Shown here one piece after another: positions 51,146-60,779 of a DNA stretch of 64,000 nt. A model generated the notes under the pieces. That model was not told the DNA's origin. It saw only the letters and a list, made by a program, of their open reading frames with translations, and made no database searches. Each line of letters opens with the position of its first letter. Position 1 is the first letter of the stretch. The stretch is from a virus, in IMG/VR virus record IMGVR_UViG_3300027792_000292, positions 32,001 to 96,000 of that record; one strand, written 5' to 3'. Position numbers and translations under genes: made by a program.

Positions 51146-51378
51146 GTTATTACTATGCCATACTTGGTGTAAATAGTGTAATACCCTTATTGAAAGGTAT
51201 AGAAGTGAAAATTGAGTCAACTGGTTACTTAATAAAAACAGTTAAATACAAAGGTAAAATCTATCCACCATTGTCTATATTTCGTTGGATCGATTATTTA
51301 CCTGGTAATCAAGTTAAGATACAAATTGATGCGGACATCATAATTGTACATAGCACATCCATTCATATAGGAGGATAA
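51136..51378 (+). CDS. hypothetical protein
   Basis: 80-aa ORF between coupled genes. Confidence 0.4.
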   Translation: MGISYYYAILGVNSVIPLLKGIEVKIESTGYLIKTVKYKGKIYPPLSIFRWIDYLPGNQVKIQIDADIIIVHSTSIHIGG

Positions 51379-51380
51379 TT

Positions 51381-52289
51381 ATGGAAAGATCAACTATTCG
51401 GAGACAGCTACATAAAACTGTACGAGAATGGATTAACAGTATCACAGATGTCAAAGTAAAAGAAGCTTGCGAGGCAGATGTGTTAGTTGCAGGTGGATGT
51501 ATCTCTTCAATATTGTTAAAGGAAAAAGTTAACGACTATGATGTATATTTTCGAACAAAAGAAACCGCGAGCCTCGTAGTAGCTTATTATGTTAACTTAT
51601 TTAAAAGCACCTTTCCTACTGCTACACATATAACAGGAAAACCAATCGAAATTTTTACGGATGGTCCAAATATCATAATAAAATCTGCAGGGGTTGCCTC
51701 AGCTACAAGTTCAGATACGCCTTATCAGTACTTTGAAACTGCACCAGAAGATAACGCAGCGGAGTACTTGGATGTAGCGGTAAATGCTAAAATTCCAAAA
51801 GATTTACCTCCATATACTCCTATTTTCTTGTCTGGTAATGCTGTTACCTTGACCAATAGTATTCAATTGGTTACTCGATTTTATGGTGACATTGATTATG
51901 TCAAAACCACCTTTGATTTTGAGCATACAAAATGCATTTATGACTTTGCTGCCAATCGACTGCATTTACCTGAAAATTCGTTATATGCTATTTTAACTCG
52001 ATCATTAATCTATACAGGATCAGCATATCCCATTTGTTCAATGATCAGAACAAATAAGTTTATCCAACGAGGCTGGTCGATTAATGCAGGTAACTATTTA
52101 AAGATTGCTTTCGATATTAACAGTTTAAATCTTAACTCTTTAAATACACTTAGAGATCAACTCATAGGTGTAGATGTAGCATATTTTCAAGAATTGTTGG
52201 AAGTTTTAAAGAAGGATATTACACAAACACCTGGTAAAGTTATATCAGCTACGTATATTGCGGAGCTGTTGGATCGTCTATTCGCATAG
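51381..52289 (+). CDS. nucleotidyltransferase (CCA/poly(A) polymerase head-like)
   Basis: VAGGC......VNDYDVYF, IQL, FDF motifs. Confidence 0.65.
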   Translation: MERSTIRRQLHKTVREWINSITDVKVKEACEADVLVAGGCISSILLKEKVNDYDVYFRTKETASLVVAYYVNLFKSTFPTATHITGKPIEIFTDGPNIIIKSAGVASATSSDTPYQYFETAPEDNAAEYLDVAVNAKIPKDLPPYTPIFLSGNAVTLTNSIQLVTRFYGDIDYVKTTFDFEHTKCIYDFAANRLHLPENSLYAILTRSLIYTGSAYPICSMIRTNKFIQRGWSINAGNYLKIAFDINSLNLNSLNTLRDQLIGVDVAYFQELLEVLKKDITQTPGKVISATYIAELLDRLFA

Positions 52290-52297
52290 GAGTACAT

Positions 52298-52936
52298 ATG
52301 AAGACCTTTGTACATGAGGAAGTTTACCGGGGTAAGGAAACCCTGGATAAGATTGCAAAAGCTAAGTTCACTATTTGCGGGCTCGGAGCTATCGGCTCAA
52401 ACCTTGTGATGAACATGGCTCGTCAGAGTTTCACGAATTTCACGGTTATTGATTTTGACCGTATAGAGGATCACAATCGTCATACACAAATTTGGGGTGC
52501 AAAAGAAGTCGGTCAGATGAAGGCTGCTATGATGCAGCGCCGAATGTACGATGAGATGGGTTTGAAGATTCAGATAGAGCCAAAGAAGTTAGATGAGGCC
52601 AACATTAAGAAGCTTGTACAGAAGGACACTATTGTGATAGATGGTTTTGACAATACTGAAGCTCGTGGTCTTGTGACTACGTTCTGTACTGAGAACAAGA
52701 TTCAATGCTTGCACATAGGGATGCGTCAGGACTACGCAGAGGTTATCTGGAATGAAAACTACATAGTCCCTAAGAAGCACGGAAAAGATATCTGTGAGTA
52801 TCCCCTTGCCAGGAATATTATTCTGTTGGCAGTGGCTGTGGGTACAGAAACTATTCTTCGCTATGTGGATACTGGGGTAAAAGAGAACTATGCAATCACC
52901 CTAAAAGACTGCAATATCTCTAAGCTGGAGTATTAA
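52298..52936 (+). CDS. ThiF/E1-like adenylating enzyme
   Basis: GLGAIG, DFDRIE.HN..TQ, K, DGFDN..AR, DICEY. Confidence 0.9.
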   Translation: MKTFVHEEVYRGKETLDKIAKAKFTICGLGAIGSNLVMNMARQSFTNFTVIDFDRIEDHNRHTQIWGAKEVGQMKAAMMQRRMYDEMGLKIQIEPKKLDEANIKKLVQKDTIVIDGFDNTEARGLVTTFCTENKIQCLHIGMRQDYAEVIWNENYIVPKKHGKDICEYPLARNIILLAVAVGTETILRYVDTGVKENYAITLKDCNISKLEY

Positions 52937-53037
52937 GAGTTTGATATTTTTTTATAACTAAAAGAAAATCAATGAGTTACACAAGGTAATGTCGTATAAT
53001 GGACGTTGGTTGCAATAAATTTTTCACTGGAGGTTAT

Positions 53038-53256
53038 ATGCAGCAGATTTTATCACACATTCAGAACGCTAGATTAGCCTTAAGTGTTGGGGATATAGGT
53101 AGTGCAGAAACGGCACTTAGTTGTGCTGCTAAACTGGTGGAAGAAAAATTTACAACAACCAACAACGAAAGTGCGCCATGCTGTCAAGTTACAAGGGTTG
53201 CAAATATAAGTGGCTTGGGTTGGAAAACGTGTCCTCGTTGCAGTAAGTCGCTGTAG
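53038..53256 (+). CDS. small Cys-rich cassette ORF
   Basis: GGAGG RBS, ATG 53038; reads into an attC-like hairpin. Confidence 0.5.
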   Translation: MQQILSHIQNARLALSVGDIGSAETALSCAAKLVEEKFTTTNNESAPCCQVTRVANISGLGWKTCPRCSKSL

Positions 53257-53334
53257 CACAGCGCACATTTCGCACACGTTGTAGTCAATTTGGCGCGCTT
53301 TGAAATTATAAGCCGCCGCAAAGAAAGGAAAATC

Positions 53335-53598
53335 ATGAGCAAGCAGTCTGATGCAAAGCTGGTCCAGTCGTGGCGAAAGAAATTTGAGTGGCCAGTGTGT
53401 GGCAACTGTACAAATTTCAAGTTTGATCGCGTTGACAACGGTTATGGGTATATGCAGGAAAAGGAGCTTCGTTGCTCTATTGGTGGTTTCAAGGTTGGGC
53501 GTATGGACACATGCAAAAGGCATGCGGCGGCGGGAAATCAAGGAGGCGCGCCAAACAGCCTACAACAAATGCATGGCAAAATAATCGCAGCAATGTAG
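53335..53598 (+). CDS. small Cys-rich cassette ORF
   Basis: AAGGA RBS, ATG 53335; CGNC...C...C..H. Confidence 0.5.
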   Translation: MSKQSDAKLVQSWRKKFEWPVCGNCTNFKFDRVDNGYGYMQEKELRCSIGGFKVGRMDTCKRHAAAGNQGGAPNSLQQMHGKIIAAM

Positions 53599-54376
53599 GA
53601 AGTGGTTTGTAGGCGATTACTTCGCCATGCATCGGACGTTGGTTGCAATTCACTCTTTTAAGAATAGATAGGCGGTTTGCTAATGCGTTTAATAAAAGTT
53701 TTGTGTTGTAGACGATGCCCTTATTTTGTAGAAAATAGCCACAACACTCAGTACCCTCACAGTTCTGCTTGTGGGTATCTAATTGCAGGTCGGAGAACTT
53801 TGATACTAAGTAATACAGATAAAATTCAGGATTGGTGTCCTCTCGATACTCCGCAAACCGCAGGATTTGTGGAAGCGAGCAAACAGAAACGTCAGCCCCG
53901 TGCTGTTCGGTTGAAGACTCCCACATTTCTGAAACAGAAACGTCAGCATAGGGCAAACGTTATGCGCAAGTTTAAAAATTCTTGTATCATAGGCGGTGAA
54001 AAATGAACATTTATCCCATGTTGCGTAGACGTTATAAGAAATGCTTACTATCTTGAACTTTATAGGTAGGAGCAAGAATGGAGTAAATATGGCGAAATGT
54101 GAATCTGAGTGCTGGTATCTATATCCCCACCGTTTAACTAACCGTGAAGGTTATAGGTGTCACTGTCCTCCACGGTGTCCAGCACACTGTGGTAATTGTA
54201 AAACAGACTGTAAAGTTTCTAAGACCTACGGATGGTGTATAAAATTTGAAATGAAAGATGCGCCCACAGAATAATAAGGAAATGGTGGCGCAAAGCCTAA
54301 ATCGTGAGTACACTATTTCACTAATTATCAAGCTATAGTGTAAATAAGTTATATTTTTTATATAAGGAGGTACGGC

Positions 54377-54790
54377 ATGTCAGATAACTGTGAGTGTGAA
54401 TATTGTATTAACCAAGATAAGAGGGACAAATGCTGGGTGTCTGAGAGGGTTGATACACTTAAATCTAAGGTGACAGAACTTACAGCTACCAACAGCGCTA
54501 TAAGCCACAGCCTACAACAGATAAAGGCTGAAATTGCCGCTATAGCTAATAGGCTTGAGTATTGCCACAATCCGGGCAGTAATGATCAGCTTTCAGACAT
54601 TATCGAAGAGATGCGGCAACTATCAGCCGACAACAGTAGTATGGATGTCCTTAAGCCAAGAGCAAGATCATGTACTACCTGCCGTTACCACCTTAAGGAT
54701 AGAAATAAATGCTCAGATTGTTGTCAATCTTGCTATTCTAATTGGGAGCCCTGTCAACAGCCAAAGAATAATGAGAACAGTGGACAATGA
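54377..54790 (+). CDS. Cys-rich hypothetical protein containing attC-like remnants
   Basis: AAGGAGG RBS; CxCxxC and CxxC motifs. Confidence 0.55.
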   Translation: MSDNCECEYCINQDKRDKCWVSERVDTLKSKVTELTATNSAISHSLQQIKAEIAAIANRLEYCHNPGSNDQLSDIIEEMRQLSADNSSMDVLKPRARSCTTCRYHLKDRNKCSDCCQSCYSNWEPCQQPKNNENSGQ

Positions 54791-55011
54791 GCAGCTTGCC
54801 CTGATAGTTGTTATAGGTTGGCCTGTTATGGCGGTAATCACAAGTATTGTAAGTAACTTTTTTATTTAGGTAAGATTCCTCTTTTCTTTTTAAACTATAC
54901 CTGCCAATTAGTATATTATTGAGTATTTAATATAACTACAGGAATGTTTAAAAATGCCTAAACTAAATATAGTAGGAAAGACTTTTGGGAGACTAACTAA
55001 GGAATATAGTT

Positions 55012-55887
55012 ATGTCTAAAATATTTTTGGCATATCCAATCGCAAAGGATTGCAACTTAAGATGCTATTACTGTTATCATACAGAGCACTTCGAATCCAA
55101 CTTTGAAGAGAAACAAAGATTCACCTTCAAAGATTATGTACGTTTCCGAGATACCCATTTGAGCGATGCCTCTGAAATCATTGTGCATTTTCACGGTGGA
55201 GAACCCTTTATCCCAGGCAACTCAAACACTATCTGTTCCTTCCTGAGAAGTACACGATTGGAGAAGGCAGACCTGCTTACGAACGGGCTACAGGATAGAG
55301 CGAACTATGAAAAGCTTCTACCTTTGAAAGATCGGATACATAGAGTAGGATTCACTTTTCATAGGCAGATCATAGGCGGGGTCAAATCTTATATACAGAA
55401 ATATGAAGACAACGTAAAGTGGCTACATAGTCAGGGTATTCCAGTTTATGTGAAAGAGCTAATGTTCCCAAAGCTGAGAGATGATATTTTGAGTTATAAA
55501 CGTTATTGGAAATCTCTTGGGATACCATACAAGATACAAGACTTCCGTGGATCGGATAGAGGATTCAGTAGAGAGGCTTATGGGGATTATACTCCCTTAG
55601 ATATCCTTCTTGTGGATTCTGAGTACAAGCACGGAGGAGAATTCTGTTCTTGTATGAAGGGGTATAAGAATGTTCTAATACGCGGGGGATGGATGAGCGG
55701 CCAAATAATAGCGTGTTTTGAAGACCCTAAGTGTATCGGATCGCTATTAGATAATACATATAATCCAAACTATAAAATATGTAGAGATACTAATTTAGGT
55801 AGAATAAATGTCACAGGAGTACCGGAAGTATATCTTGGGGCATATGAAAGAGATTTACCAAAGCCTAAGTATTGTGGGCAGGACTAA
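55012..55887 (+). CDS. radical SAM protein
   Basis: CNLRCYYC, GGEP, TNG; C-terminal Cys. Confidence 0.9.
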   Translation: MSKIFLAYPIAKDCNLRCYYCYHTEHFESNFEEKQRFTFKDYVRFRDTHLSDASEIIVHFHGGEPFIPGNSNTICSFLRSTRLEKADLLTNGLQDRANYEKLLPLKDRIHRVGFTFHRQIIGGVKSYIQKYEDNVKWLHSQGIPVYVKELMFPKLRDDILSYKRYWKSLGIPYKIQDFRGSDRGFSREAYGDYTPLDILLVDSEYKHGGEFCSCMKGYKNVLIRGGWMSGQIIACFEDPKCIGSLLDNTYNPNYKICRDTNLGRINVTGVPEVYLGAYERDLPKPKYCGQD

Positions 55888-55888
55888 T

Positions 55889-56311
55889 ATGATATTAAAT
55901 AATGAAGACACAGAATATTTGAAAGAGCTGTCTGTAAGATGGGGTTTGAAATATCGTGAGCCGATTACGATAGGGACGTACCGATGGTATCTATTTATGT
56001 ACACAAACTTATACGATTGTTTACCTGAGTATAAGATAGATGATAGGGATAGAAGAATTTTAACGAGTATATTTATAAAGCTTAAGCCAGAACATAAGCT
56101 TACTTGGATAAGGCATAAGCTTTATGAAGCCTCTGAGGATATAGAAAATATTAAAGAGGAAGAAATGAACTCTACTGTTATAGGTCAATTAACCAATATT
56201 AGGGAATTTAGAGTAGCTTTATTTCTAATGTACTGTTTGGAAACTAAAGATTACATTTTAGATGATTATGTTTTAGATACTTTCAAATATTTAGAAAAGT
56301 ATAGGAGCTAA
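55889..56311 (+). CDS. hypothetical protein
   Basis: ATG just after the radical SAM stop. Confidence 0.5.
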   Translation: MILNNEDTEYLKELSVRWGLKYREPITIGTYRWYLFMYTNLYDCLPEYKIDDRDRRILTSIFIKLKPEHKLTWIRHKLYEASEDIENIKEEEMNSTVIGQLTNIREFRVALFLMYCLETKDYILDDYVLDTFKYLEKYRS

Positions 56312-56312
56312 C

Positions 56313-56960
56313 ATGGAGTACCAATTTGATTTCTCAACTAAGTTTGAGTTCTGGAATCATGACCATTGGGAAAATTTTGAAGAGATAGTTACACGATTCT
56401 CTGGGAGAGAGAATCTTAATTTCCTTGAGATAGGTGTTTGTGAAGGGTGGACAACGACTAAACTATTAGATAGTGTATTAACAGAAGATGGTTGTACCAT
56501 ACATTGTATTGATCCTGATCCTTCCCCCCTATTTGAGCAGAATATGAAGGAGCATTCTGGGAGATATGTTCTGTATAAAGATTACTCAATTAACGTACTA
56601 CCGAGGCTTTTACAGATAGGGTCAAAATTTGATTTAGTTTATGTAGATGGAGATCACACAGCCTTCGCTGTATTGGAGGATATGGTTTTGTCCTGGAAGC
56701 TTCTAAAGAAGGGTGGACTTCTTCTTGTGGATGACTATGAGATGAAGATAAAGGACCAGTGGTTCTATAAATGCCATAAAGAATTCAAGGATACGCCACG
56801 TCTTTTGTTCATTCATCCTATGGTAGCTATAAGTGCGTTTATGACCATATACAGAGGCTGTTACGAACTATGTATAAATAATTACCAGATAGGTTTGATA
56901 AAAACGGTAGACCTATGTGAGCAGAACATAAATAGCGGTGACGGGCTAACAACATATTGA
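56313..56960 (+). CDS. class I SAM methyltransferase (Methyltransf_24-like)
   Basis: LEIGVCEG, IDP, FDLVYVDGDH, LKKGG...DDY. Confidence 0.85.
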   Translation: MEYQFDFSTKFEFWNHDHWENFEEIVTRFSGRENLNFLEIGVCEGWTTTKLLDSVLTEDGCTIHCIDPDPSPLFEQNMKEHSGRYVLYKDYSINVLPRLLQIGSKFDLVYVDGDHTAFAVLEDMVLSWKLLKKGGLLLVDDYEMKIKDQWFYKCHKEFKDTPRLLFIHPMVAISAFMTIYRGCYELCINNYQIGLIKTVDLCEQNINSGDGLTTY

Positions 56961-56967
56961 GGGTGAT

Positions 56968-57303
56968 ATGTTTTCTAAAGGTTTGATGAAAAGTAATGGT
57001 ATTGATATCACTATAAAAAGTAATCCTGGGCATGTATTATCCCCCGATGACTGGACTATGGTATTGGATGTTAAATTTGGAAAAATCAGCCCAGAAGCTT
57101 ATAAGATGTATTATTTAGAGTTACTCAAAAAAAGATGGGTAACACGTAAAGACGAATTTGTGACGCTAGCTCGACAAGGGGCTGAGCAGGATATACTTTT
57201 AAAGTGTTATTGTCCAAAGACGGATACTTTCTGCCATGCTTTCTTAGCGGCTAAGTTCATGAACAACTTGATAGATAAAATAAGGCAAACTGGGAATTCT
57301 TAA
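56968..57303 (+). CDS. DUF4326/DUF488-like protein
   Basis: LKCYCP...FCHA motif. Confidence 0.45.
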   Translation: MFSKGLMKSNGIDITIKSNPGHVLSPDDWTMVLDVKFGKISPEAYKMYYLELLKKRWVTRKDEFVTLARQGAEQDILLKCYCPKTDTFCHAFLAAKFMNNLIDKIRQTGNS

Positions 57304-57390
57304 GATGCCTGATAGCCCTCTGCTTTTGAAAATTTGAATTAGATTTTTCATTTCTTATTACAAAAAGTATATTAGAGAGATTCTTATTTT

Positions 57391-57669
57391 ATGAATAACG
57401 AGTTAAGTTGTCAGATATGTAGAAGGAGTACTCCAAAGCCTTATCAAGAAAAGCATCATCTAAAGCCGTGCCGAGATAGCTTAACTATAGATGTATGTTG
57501 CGATTGTGGGGACCAGATACATAATATGTTTGAGAACTACATCATCAGGAAAGAGCTTGATACGTTAGAAAAGCTCCTTGCTAATGATGGCATAAAGAAG
57601 TGGATAAAGTTTATTAGGAAGAAGACAGAGTTTAGTACAATTTGTATGAAACAAAAAAAGAAGCGTTAG
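57391..57669 (+). CDS. small HNH-type endonuclease
   Basis: CQIC...HHL.P...C.DC...IH. Confidence 0.65.
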   Translation: MNNELSCQICRRSTPKPYQEKHHLKPCRDSLTIDVCCDCGDQIHNMFENYIIRKELDTLEKLLANDGIKKWIKFIRKKTEFSTICMKQKKKR

Positions 57670-57855
57670 AATGAATAGAGGTGGTGGGCTAATAAGCGGG
57701 TATGGGCAACGGCAAATGGAGAGAGATGTTGTAGAACATATTCATCCAAGAGAACTTGGCAAATGGGTAAATCACAAGTGGCAGTTTGAGGATAATGAAG
57801 CTTTATACAGGGAAAGATGTGGAGAGGCTTACTACGAATTGGAGAAAGAAAAAAA

Positions 57856-58085
57856 TGATAGTGGAGTCAGCAATACGTAAGGATGGTATTGTATATAAGG
57901 GACGTAGGCATAATAATATTCTATGTGATACCTCTCGTCCCTTTGGTTTTTTGAAAAATGGAGAACAAGGTTTTGTAACGGATATGGGAAACTTTCTTTC
58001 TCGTAGGGCAGCGGCTGAACATGCTTTCGAGTGTGGTCAGTTGAAGGAGAAAAAGAGAATCTTATGCAGTGAAGATCTTTGGTAA
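57856..58085 (+). CDS. conserved small phage protein
   Basis: G.RH...QGFVT..G.F.SR..A...L.SEDLW. Confidence 0.5.
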
Positions 58086-58581
58086 AGACCTAATGGAAGA
58101 AATAAAATATAGGAAACCAAGTTATTTTCACTATTTGGCGAACAAACTAATCTTTGGTGATAATAACGCAGTAACAGGAGATACATTCAAGATATATACT
58201 TATGAGCCTCATAGAGAAGGATTAGAAGTTACAGAGATTATTTATAGTTATTTAGGTAGATTTAGAATTTTGGAGATAGGGAGTATCGGATACTTAAGGT
58301 CCTTACATATAGAGGGTAATGGGATAGCTAATATAATAGGTTTATTTTTAAAAATTAAAGAAACGGAATATAGAGTATATGATACTCTATTTTCTAATGT
58401 GAATTTTGAAAGATATGATGAAAATTTTAAAAGGGTAGCACAGCGTGCCATAGTTTCAGTATCTATGCTTATTGAGGCTATGGAAACAAAGTCATTTTAT
58501 AACATACCAATGATAGTAAATGACTTACCAGAAATAGCACAGCTACTAATACTTTATCGTGAGAACTGGACAAAGGAATAG
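58069..58581 (+). CDS. hypothetical protein
   Basis: 170-aa ORF. Confidence 0.5.
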   Translation: MKIFGKDLMEEIKYRKPSYFHYLANKLIFGDNNAVTGDTFKIYTYEPHREGLEVTEIIYSYLGRFRILEIGSIGYLRSLHIEGNGIANIIGLFLKIKETEYRVYDTLFSNVNFERYDENFKRVAQRAIVSVSMLIEAMETKSFYNIPMIVNDLPEIAQLLILYRENWTKE

Positions 58582-58591
58582 GAGTTAAATA

Positions 58592-59710
58592 ATGCTTGAG
58601 ATACTTAAATTTTTAAATGAGCATCCTTATGATTGGAAGCAGGTTCTGGAAGCAGAACCATATTGTATGACCATACGGGAGAAGGGTAACTTTGTACTTT
58701 TTATGTACAATCAAATCGAATCCGATTTCAATATTCCTTTAGTACAGGAATGCCGTGGAATCGTATTAGAGAAGGATACCTGGAAAGTTCTATGTTTTCC
58801 TTTTACCAAATTCTGGAATGCCGGGGAATCCAAGGCAGCGGTACTTGATTGGGGCTCTGCGCGAGTACAGGAGAAAATAGATGGTTCCATGATAAAGCTT
58901 TGGTGGTACGAACCAGAGTGGAGAGTATCTACCATGTCCATGATAGATGCAAAAGATTGTACCTTACAGAACGATTTAGATGTCAGATACAATACTTTCT
59001 ATGATTTGTTTATGGAAGGCGCAAATAAAAGAGCTTTAGACTTTGAAGCTTTAAATAAAGATTATACGCATATGTTTGAGTTAGTAGGACCTTACAATCG
59101 AGTGGTTGTGCCATATAAAGACATTGCTATAACCCACACGGGAACTAGAGATAACAGAACTCTCGAAGAGTTAGATATCGACCTTGGGGTTCCTAAGCCT
59201 AAGTCTTATGGGTTCAAGGCCCCAGAAGATGTTCTGGCTATGGCAGCTGCCTTGCCTTTCTCTGAAGAGGGCTATGTGGTTGTAGATGCTAATTGGAATC
59301 GAATAAAAATCAAAGGCCCGGCCTATGTAGCTGTGCATCACCTCAAAAATAATGGTGACATAAATAAGAAAAGGGCTTTAGCGCTTGTCATGCTTAATGA
59401 GCAGGAAGAGTTCCTGTCCTATTTCCCGGAGTACAAAACATACTTCGATGTTATCACTGATGCTTTCAATACCTATTTAGGTAAGGTAAAAGCTGATATA
59501 GATTCTATTGAGGGAAAGGTATTTGAAACCAGGAAGGAATATGCTCTAACTGTTAAGGGTATGACTAACTCCGCCCTTATGTTCTTTATTATGGACGGTA
59601 GAGTTAAGAAGGAAGATTGGGAAAAGCATATACGTTCTTTGCCCTCAGATAAAGTAGTAGAGTATCTACATTTAAAAAATATAAAAGAGTCATTGGAGGT
59701 AAAAGAGTAA
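58592..59710 (+). CDS. T4 Rnl1-like RNA ligase
   Basis: ECRG, PFTKFWN, EKIDGS, FEL, EGYVV, RIKIK. Confidence 0.88.
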   Translation: MLEILKFLNEHPYDWKQVLEAEPYCMTIREKGNFVLFMYNQIESDFNIPLVQECRGIVLEKDTWKVLCFPFTKFWNAGESKAAVLDWGSARVQEKIDGSMIKLWWYEPEWRVSTMSMIDAKDCTLQNDLDVRYNTFYDLFMEGANKRALDFEALNKDYTHMFELVGPYNRVVVPYKDIAITHTGTRDNRTLEELDIDLGVPKPKSYGFKAPEDVLAMAAALPFSEEGYVVVDANWNRIKIKGPAYVAVHHLKNNGDINKKRALALVMLNEQEEFLSYFPEYKTYFDVITDAFNTYLGKVKADIDSIEGKVFETRKEYALTVKGMTNSALMFFIMDGRVKKEDWEKHIRSLPSDKVVEYLHLKNIKESLEVKE

Positions 59711-59860
59711 TGGCTAAGTGTCCTTATGAAGATTGTATGCGTCATAGAGATTGTACTATACTGGATATAACAGGGAAAATTCCAAAGTCAAAAGACAAAT
59801 GTTCCTATTATACTAAAGAGTCACATAAAAAGGCGGATAACTTAAAGAAGGAGGAATAAT

Positions 59861-60235
59861 ATGGGATACTCAGTTTATGATTGGTTCGATGATCTCTTAG
59901 CTCCGAAACTCAAAGAAGTCTTAGAAACTTTTGAAAAAAATGAGGATGAAAAGGATAACTCTTGCGACCTAAACAAAGTGAGCGTGTACTCTTATGATGT
60001 TTTTATAAAAGCACTAAAAGACGCGCTTAGAGGGCACCATGACGAAAGATTTACCTCTCAAATGCTTCATTTGATTTTAAATCCTGAAGAGGAAGAGATG
60101 GATTTGATAGAGGGTGTGAAGAAGGCTTTTTATATGCTTACTTCTTGTGGTGAGACTCTTCATAAGATAGAATACAGAAAAGACGCAGCTACAACAGTTG
60201 TTGCTAATTATCAAGACTTTGAAAGTGAGGAGTAA
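59861..60235 (+). CDS. hypothetical protein
   Basis: GAGG RBS, 124 aa. Confidence 0.55.
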   Translation: MGYSVYDWFDDLLAPKLKEVLETFEKNEDEKDNSCDLNKVSVYSYDVFIKALKDALRGHHDERFTSQMLHLILNPEEEEMDLIEGVKKAFYMLTSCGETLHKIEYRKDAATTVVANYQDFESEE

Positions 60236-60405
60236 GAATGGGTAAAGGAAGCGATAGGAGACCAATGGATGAAGAACGTTGTAGCCATGAAGAGTTCAGA
60301 AAAAGATGGGACCGTATCTTTAGTTCCAGTATATCAGAAAAAACTGAAAAAGATAATCTGCTGGAAGGTAATGAAGATAAGAAGAAATCATAAATAGGAG
60401 GAAGT

Positions 60406-60777
60406 ATGTCCTGGGAGATACTCGGACTTATTATTGTATTAATCATAGGTATTATGTTATTTGTTTTTCGTAAGAATCCTTTTGTAGAGAAATATTGGAA
60501 ATATGCTATCATATTGGTTCCTGCAACTGTTGTCTTGATTCTTATATTGGTAAATAAAAGAAAAGGCGATCAAGGCAGGCAGCATGGCCAAGCGGACGCT
60601 CTTACTGGGGCTATTAGTAAAATTAGAGATGACCTTACAGAAACTAATCACATAGCGGCAATTAAAACAGCAGCCGCTAAGACTGAGCAAGCTCAGGTAG
60701 TTAAGAAGCTGGAAGATATTAAGCAAATAGAGGATCAAAAAGAAAGGCTCAAACAATTAGCGGATATGTTGGGGTAA
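60406..60777 (+). CDS. membrane protein, two TM helices plus coiled coil
   Basis: Hydrophobic segments at about aa 4-21 and 33-49. Confidence 0.6.
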   Translation: MSWEILGLIIVLIIGIMLFVFRKNPFVEKYWKYAIILVPATVVLILILVNKRKGDQGRQHGQADALTGAISKIRDDLTETNHIAAIKTAAAKTEQAQVVKKLEDIKQIEDQKERLKQLADMLG

Positions 60778-60779
60778 CC

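Larger units (their letters stand above)
53005..54037 (+). mobile_element. array of integron-cassette-like units with attC-like hairpins
   Basis: Core sites GTTGGTTG 53005, GTTGTAG 53278, GTTGGTTG 53638, GTTATGC 53959, GTTATAA 54031; matching inverse cores CAACCAAC 53156 and CTACAAC 53560. Confidence 0.55.

Noticed and set aside
52298-52936. ThiF/MoeB role in thiamine or molybdopterin synthesis
   Set aside because: No pathway partners in the window and no CxxC Zn pairs; JAB and Ubl neighbours favour conjugation, though sulfur transfer is not formally excluded
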